Positions 37,101 through 39,480 of a stretch of DNA of 39,480 nt are shown in pieces; positions within the stretch are counted from its first letter, which is position 1; every line of letters starts with the position of its first letter. This DNA is from Promethearchaeota archaeon (GTDB lineage Archaea > Asgardarchaeota > Lokiarchaeia > Sigyniarchaeales > SOKP01). The stretch spans positions 1-39,480 of the forward strand of contig RDOA01000033.1 in assembly GCA_011364925.1 (NCBI GenBank), given 5' to 3'. A program made the position numbers and the translations under genes. A model generated the notes under the pieces. It worked only from the letters and a program-made list of their open reading frames with translations, ran no database searches and was not told the DNA's origin.

Positions 37101-37528
37101 CGTCTTACCTCTTCTTCAACCTCGAGTTCTTCTTTATCAACAATCTCACCCGATTCTTCATCTTTATCCGAATGTACAACCAACTCTTTTTCGGAGGGTT
37201 GGGTTGATGTTAACCCAATTTCCTGCATAAGCGCCAACTTTGCTTCATTATTTAAAGGTTGGCCAACTTCATCTTTTCTTGCCTCCTCAAGGATGGACAA
37301 ATTCTCTAATGATAATTCTTGGTCTAGAGAGAATTTAATTCTTGATTCCTCATCTTCTAATTCTTGCCATTGGAATTCTTCAATCGCGTCTAACGCGTTA
37401 TCGAGAAATTCTGATACGTATTGCTGGTGCTTCCAATATCCAAACTCAAAGCCTACTAATTGCGTTCGCTTTCTCATAAATTGGGCGATTGTACCTTGCT
37501 TTATTCTGCCTTCTTCATCAGATTCCAT
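34136..37528 (-). CDS. top6B: DNA topoisomerase VI subunit B, with large insertions and a C-terminal extension
   Basis: GHKL motifs EFLDNALDA, DNGIG, RGSQGFG and HGT; NPH, KPHP, RFVNRTP, NWKNY and transducer FKSQSK; adjacent to top6A. Confidence 0.93.
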   Translation of the reverse strand: MESDEEGRIKQGTIAQFMRKRTQLVGFEFGYWKHQQYVSEFLDNALDAIEEFQWQELEDEESRIKFSLDQELSLENLSILEEARKDEVGQPLNNEAKLALMQEIGLTSTQPSEKELVVHSDKDEESGEIVDKEELEVEEEVRRIIEDMNEIIKPVEPIVDIEPLVIIRLREFEAASFLTSELSQKNVMSYTFEIFDNGIGMHKTDLRKYGKYLASSKSVELKQTRGSQGFGAPSAFSDAQNTTGKPIVAVSKSKDSIYATVSEFFTTSKNEKKYLVRPTEVDSQFLHGTYIKLNYLNVKYVRGYVDTYINETALMNPHITIIFIDPSGKEWIYRRLVSSFPKQPKYAKPHPSSINIGDLQDLLTKSENLSISAFLQDNFVRMSSKTAKEILNIAERSLQEKLSVLILNSGFVNKLTKKTDDIYYFKFEKRVFGRSTKPRDKLIIYSVDSEELKNSYWEAMEKYNHSNKALDKFDNEIKKHQNRLEKSETKKDEKKIEKEIDKVIKEIDAIYLEREKIKSTLEKIFTANSGLVEAKKIKNRTELEDVVNEVQISKAKPSELTNEQFNTLFHAFKSIKYMNPPTDTAIPVGDIVLESTLIKEIGLKISDNVDYFDDPIESLKTSAEILQDKRKKDKEKQKLSITPETIEDEIIDVDNIKIFNSKILANVDIKDQFSEPDQFLQTIQKKISLSTEVLKDSYQDVFEYFTVNYTRDDDFVNAETRPPTSGKGLAYVVEAAMAYCNDPRKLDTPKRSRDVLSRFVNRTPKLRDSADCAITKAVQSVNWKNYKLDTYDNNLPKGPIKLMVNVSGPYVHLMFKSQSKNALAEDEDLLKEIKYCLEAIGRRLRVYLNRKASIRKSEKRAGLIERYIPQFVSSAYNIVSQGESRYKGKISEEELMKLMKDAIGVKAPPKIKVRKPPAQKEGIEREIHKEVEIEWEDTKETEEVAPKIREPSHEVLTEKTLRNWTIEELREYCSENSIEIPSKVRKEDIIKIIQEFYKKGKPEEIVPSIKELKEPLEVIPVKPGTVAEKRKQLQIAKGEAEPQVIEKKVLKSQVQPPQPQLTQTQLPIITTDKIIEALSNEWQPITALIFKMKIKDMMDARFLQIKLKELERKGLVLTESKMGKKHWKLI

Positions 37529-37742
37529 TATGCCAATACCTCTTCATTTTTTCTGATTAAATTGAATCTCAACTAATTACACATAAGGGTATAGTTATTA
37601 CAATAAATATTACACGAATAATCTAATTCTTACGCAATTCATTCAATTTTTCAATATGTAATTGTTCAATCATTTTGAACAGAAATTGAATTACTATTTA
37701 AATCTTTTCTTTGATTGAAAAAATTTATTAAGGAACAGTAGA

Positions 37743-39026
37743 CTATATGTTAACTTCTCTGTTTAGATATTTTTCTAAAGCCACATCAAGGATTCTTGAT
37801 GCTACATATCTTTTAGTAGATTTTTCAATGTGAGTTATGTGCTTTTCTTTATCTATTATGTATACTTCATTATCCTTGCTATTAAAACCAATATCCTCGC
37901 GTCCCACATCGTTGGCAACGATTAGATCTGCCTCAGATTTTAAAAGCCGACTATGCGCTCGATCAATTAATTCAGTTCGCGAGACTTTAATTTCAGCCTT
38001 AAATGCAACGATAAATAGTCTATAATCTTTTCTTCGTGCCACATTTAATATTTTAGGTGTCAATTTCATATTTACTTTCAATTCTTCTACTTCGTCAGAA
38101 GATATTTTTCCCTCAACGCATTCAGTAGGTTTATAATCAGATATAGCTGCAGCAGAGATAAAAATGTCATAGTTAGTATAAGAGAGCTCATCTTTGATCG
38201 CATTAATAAAATCTTCGGCAGATTCAACGTGTTTCGTATTAATATAATCAGGTATTTTTACTGAACATTCACCAGCAACTAGTAATACTTCTGCCCCTCT
38301 TGCCGAAGCTTCTTTAGCTATTTCAATCCCCATTCGTCCAGATGATTTATTTGATAAATATCTAATGTCATCTATCGCCTCCCGGCTAGGACCAGCAGTT
38401 ATCAAAACTTTTTTACCTTCGAGATCTCTGGAGGTGATTAATAAATCTAAAACCCTATCAATCACATCGTCTACTTTGGCAATTTTAGCCTTTCCTTCAG
38501 ATAATCGGGGCCCCAATACATCAATACCATGTTCTTTTAAAATAGCAATATTTTGTTCTATTATAGGATGATACATACTTTCATGCATAGCAGGAACTAT
38601 AACAATTGGTATGGAGGAGCCAAATGCAGTTGAAACCATCGTAGTTACTGGCGTATCATCGATTCCATTAGCAATTTTGGAAATTGTATTTGCGGTGGCA
38701 GGACAAACTAAAATTAAATCAGCCTTTCCACTCGCATTAGGCCTATCTCCTGCTAAAAATACGTGTTCAACTGCTCCAGTTAATTTTGTAATTGTTGGAT
38801 TCCCGGTTGCCCAATGCATTAAAGAAGGTTTAATCAATTTCGTAGCTGCCTTTGACATAACCGGAATAACTTCCGCTCCTAAACGCATTAATTCCCTCGC
38901 TATTATAGGTGCATTGATTACTGCAACTGAGCCAGTCAGACACATACATATTGTCTTTCCTCTTAAAATTGTTCCTTTACTTTCAATAATGTCCTTGGAA
39001 GGATGACGTAATTGATGTTTTACCAT
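37743..39026 (-). CDS. coaBC: Bifunctional phosphopantothenoylcysteine decarboxylase / phosphopantothenate-cysteine ligase
   Basis: TGSVA, EHV, PATANTISK, PAMHESMY; CoaB motifs ITAGPSREAIDDIRYLSNKSSGRMG, AAAISDY, FKAE and VANDV. Confidence 0.95.
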   Translation of the reverse strand: MVKHQLRHPSKDIIESKGTILRGKTICMCLTGSVAVINAPIIARELMRLGAEVIPVMSKAATKLIKPSLMHWATGNPTITKLTGAVEHVFLAGDRPNASGKADLILVCPATANTISKIANGIDDTPVTTMVSTAFGSSIPIVIVPAMHESMYHPIIEQNIAILKEHGIDVLGPRLSEGKAKIAKVDDVIDRVLDLLITSRDLEGKKVLITAGPSREAIDDIRYLSNKSSGRMGIEIAKEASARGAEVLLVAGECSVKIPDYINTKHVESAEDFINAIKDELSYTNYDIFISAAAISDYKPTECVEGKISSDEVEELKVNMKLTPKILNVARRKDYRLFIVAFKAEIKVSRTELIDRAHSRLLKSEADLIVANDVGREDIGFNSKDNEVYIIDKEKHITHIEKSTKRYVASRILDVALEKYLNREVNI

Positions 39027-39480
39027 TGTTTGGATGTAATTTTTAATTAATCTGATTATTAAGAATTTATACTCAATTTAAAAATATTGCAATCCTTTTT
39101 TCTCTTTTTTTTAAAATTAGATAAATGAGTTTGATTTAGATTGTATACTTAGAAAGTTTTTATATTCTTTAAAATCCATTTTAGATTTAATTCTTAAAAG
39201 AAAGGAAAATAAGAGATAGTTTTTATAATGACCTCAATTTATGGTCCTTTACCTTCCTGACCAGGATTTATTCTATACTTTTGGTAAAATTTGATTACCA
39301 TTTTCTTACAATATTAATTATTAAAAAAGAATGAAAAGAAGGTGATGTTTTTCAATTTAGCATCTATTTATGGGAAAATTCCATCTTGACCAGGCATTTT
39401 TTCTCGCTATTTTTTTTTATAATTGAATTGTTCTTGTCTCAAAGCCCAAGTGGATTAATATAGCTTTTTCATTCAAGATT

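Noticed and set aside
25344-37528. Possible inteins in MCM or Top6B
   Set aside because: MCM is normal length with contiguous motifs. The Top6B insertions lack Cys/Ser starts paired with His-Asn ends and show no endonuclease motifs.
38480-38600. The CoaC domain lacks the bacterial LACG catalytic-Cys clamp and has PAMH rather than PAMN
   Set aside because: This matches the known archaeal-type CoaBC with a shortened clamp (as in Methanocaldococcus), so it is neither a pseudogene nor novel.
861-39006. Many short ORFs in the track that are antisense to or overlap longer genes (e.g. 2658..2990, 25870..26301, 37074..37556, 38611..39006)
   Set aside because: They lie within well-supported genes, show no recognisable motifs, and look like shadow ORFs.
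39417-39480. Possible 3' end of a minus-strand gene entering from beyond the window (..ILNEKAILIHLGFETRTIQL*)
   Set aside because: Only 20 codons with no recognisable motif; it cannot be supported without flanking sequence.
1-39480. CRISPR arrays, tRNA/rRNA genes, transposases, integrases and defence systems
   Set aside because: No regularly spaced repeats, GC-rich structured RNA islands or corresponding protein motifs were seen; nearly all of the window is accounted for by protein-coding genes.

Overview
AT-rich archaeal chromosomal DNA, most likely from an Asgard archaeon (Lokiarchaeia/Promethearchaeota-like). This is inferred from MCM, Gins23, topoisomerase VI, archaeal-type CoaBC and F420 genes occurring with a Rab-like small GTPase and AGGTGA-type ribosome-binding sites. 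From left to right: (1) the 5' end of leuS; (2) a tightly packed cofactor operon, lipS2 - lipoyl ligase/transferase - lipS1 - cofE::nitroreductase (FbiB-type) - cofD; (3) a 12.2 kb seven-gene minus-strand cell-envelope cluster encoding a giant transglutaminase-like/Ig-repeat protein with substituted catalytic Cys and His, an Ig-TM-DUF4129-like protein, a stand-alone DUF4129-like paralog, a DUF4350-like membrane protein, a MoxR AAA+ ATPase, a DUF58/VWA protein and an unknown polytopic membrane protein; (4) a polyproline/coiled-coil/Zn-ribbon protein, an HDAC-family deacetylase, the Rab-like GTPase, an MDR dehydrogenase, VIT1 and rubrerythrin; (5) a DNA-metabolism neighbourhood of uvrD, mcm, a ~9-TM + HEAT-solenoid protein, gins23, pyrE, a HEAT/SHOCT-like protein, top6A and a double-length top6B; (6) coaBC. 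I saw no rRNA, tRNA, CRISPR array, intein or transposase. The best candidates for undescribed biology are the MoxR/VWA/pseudo-transglutaminase surface system, the membrane-tethered HEAT solenoid between mcm and gins23, and the expanded Top6B. All family calls come from motif recognition by eye; no database search was run.
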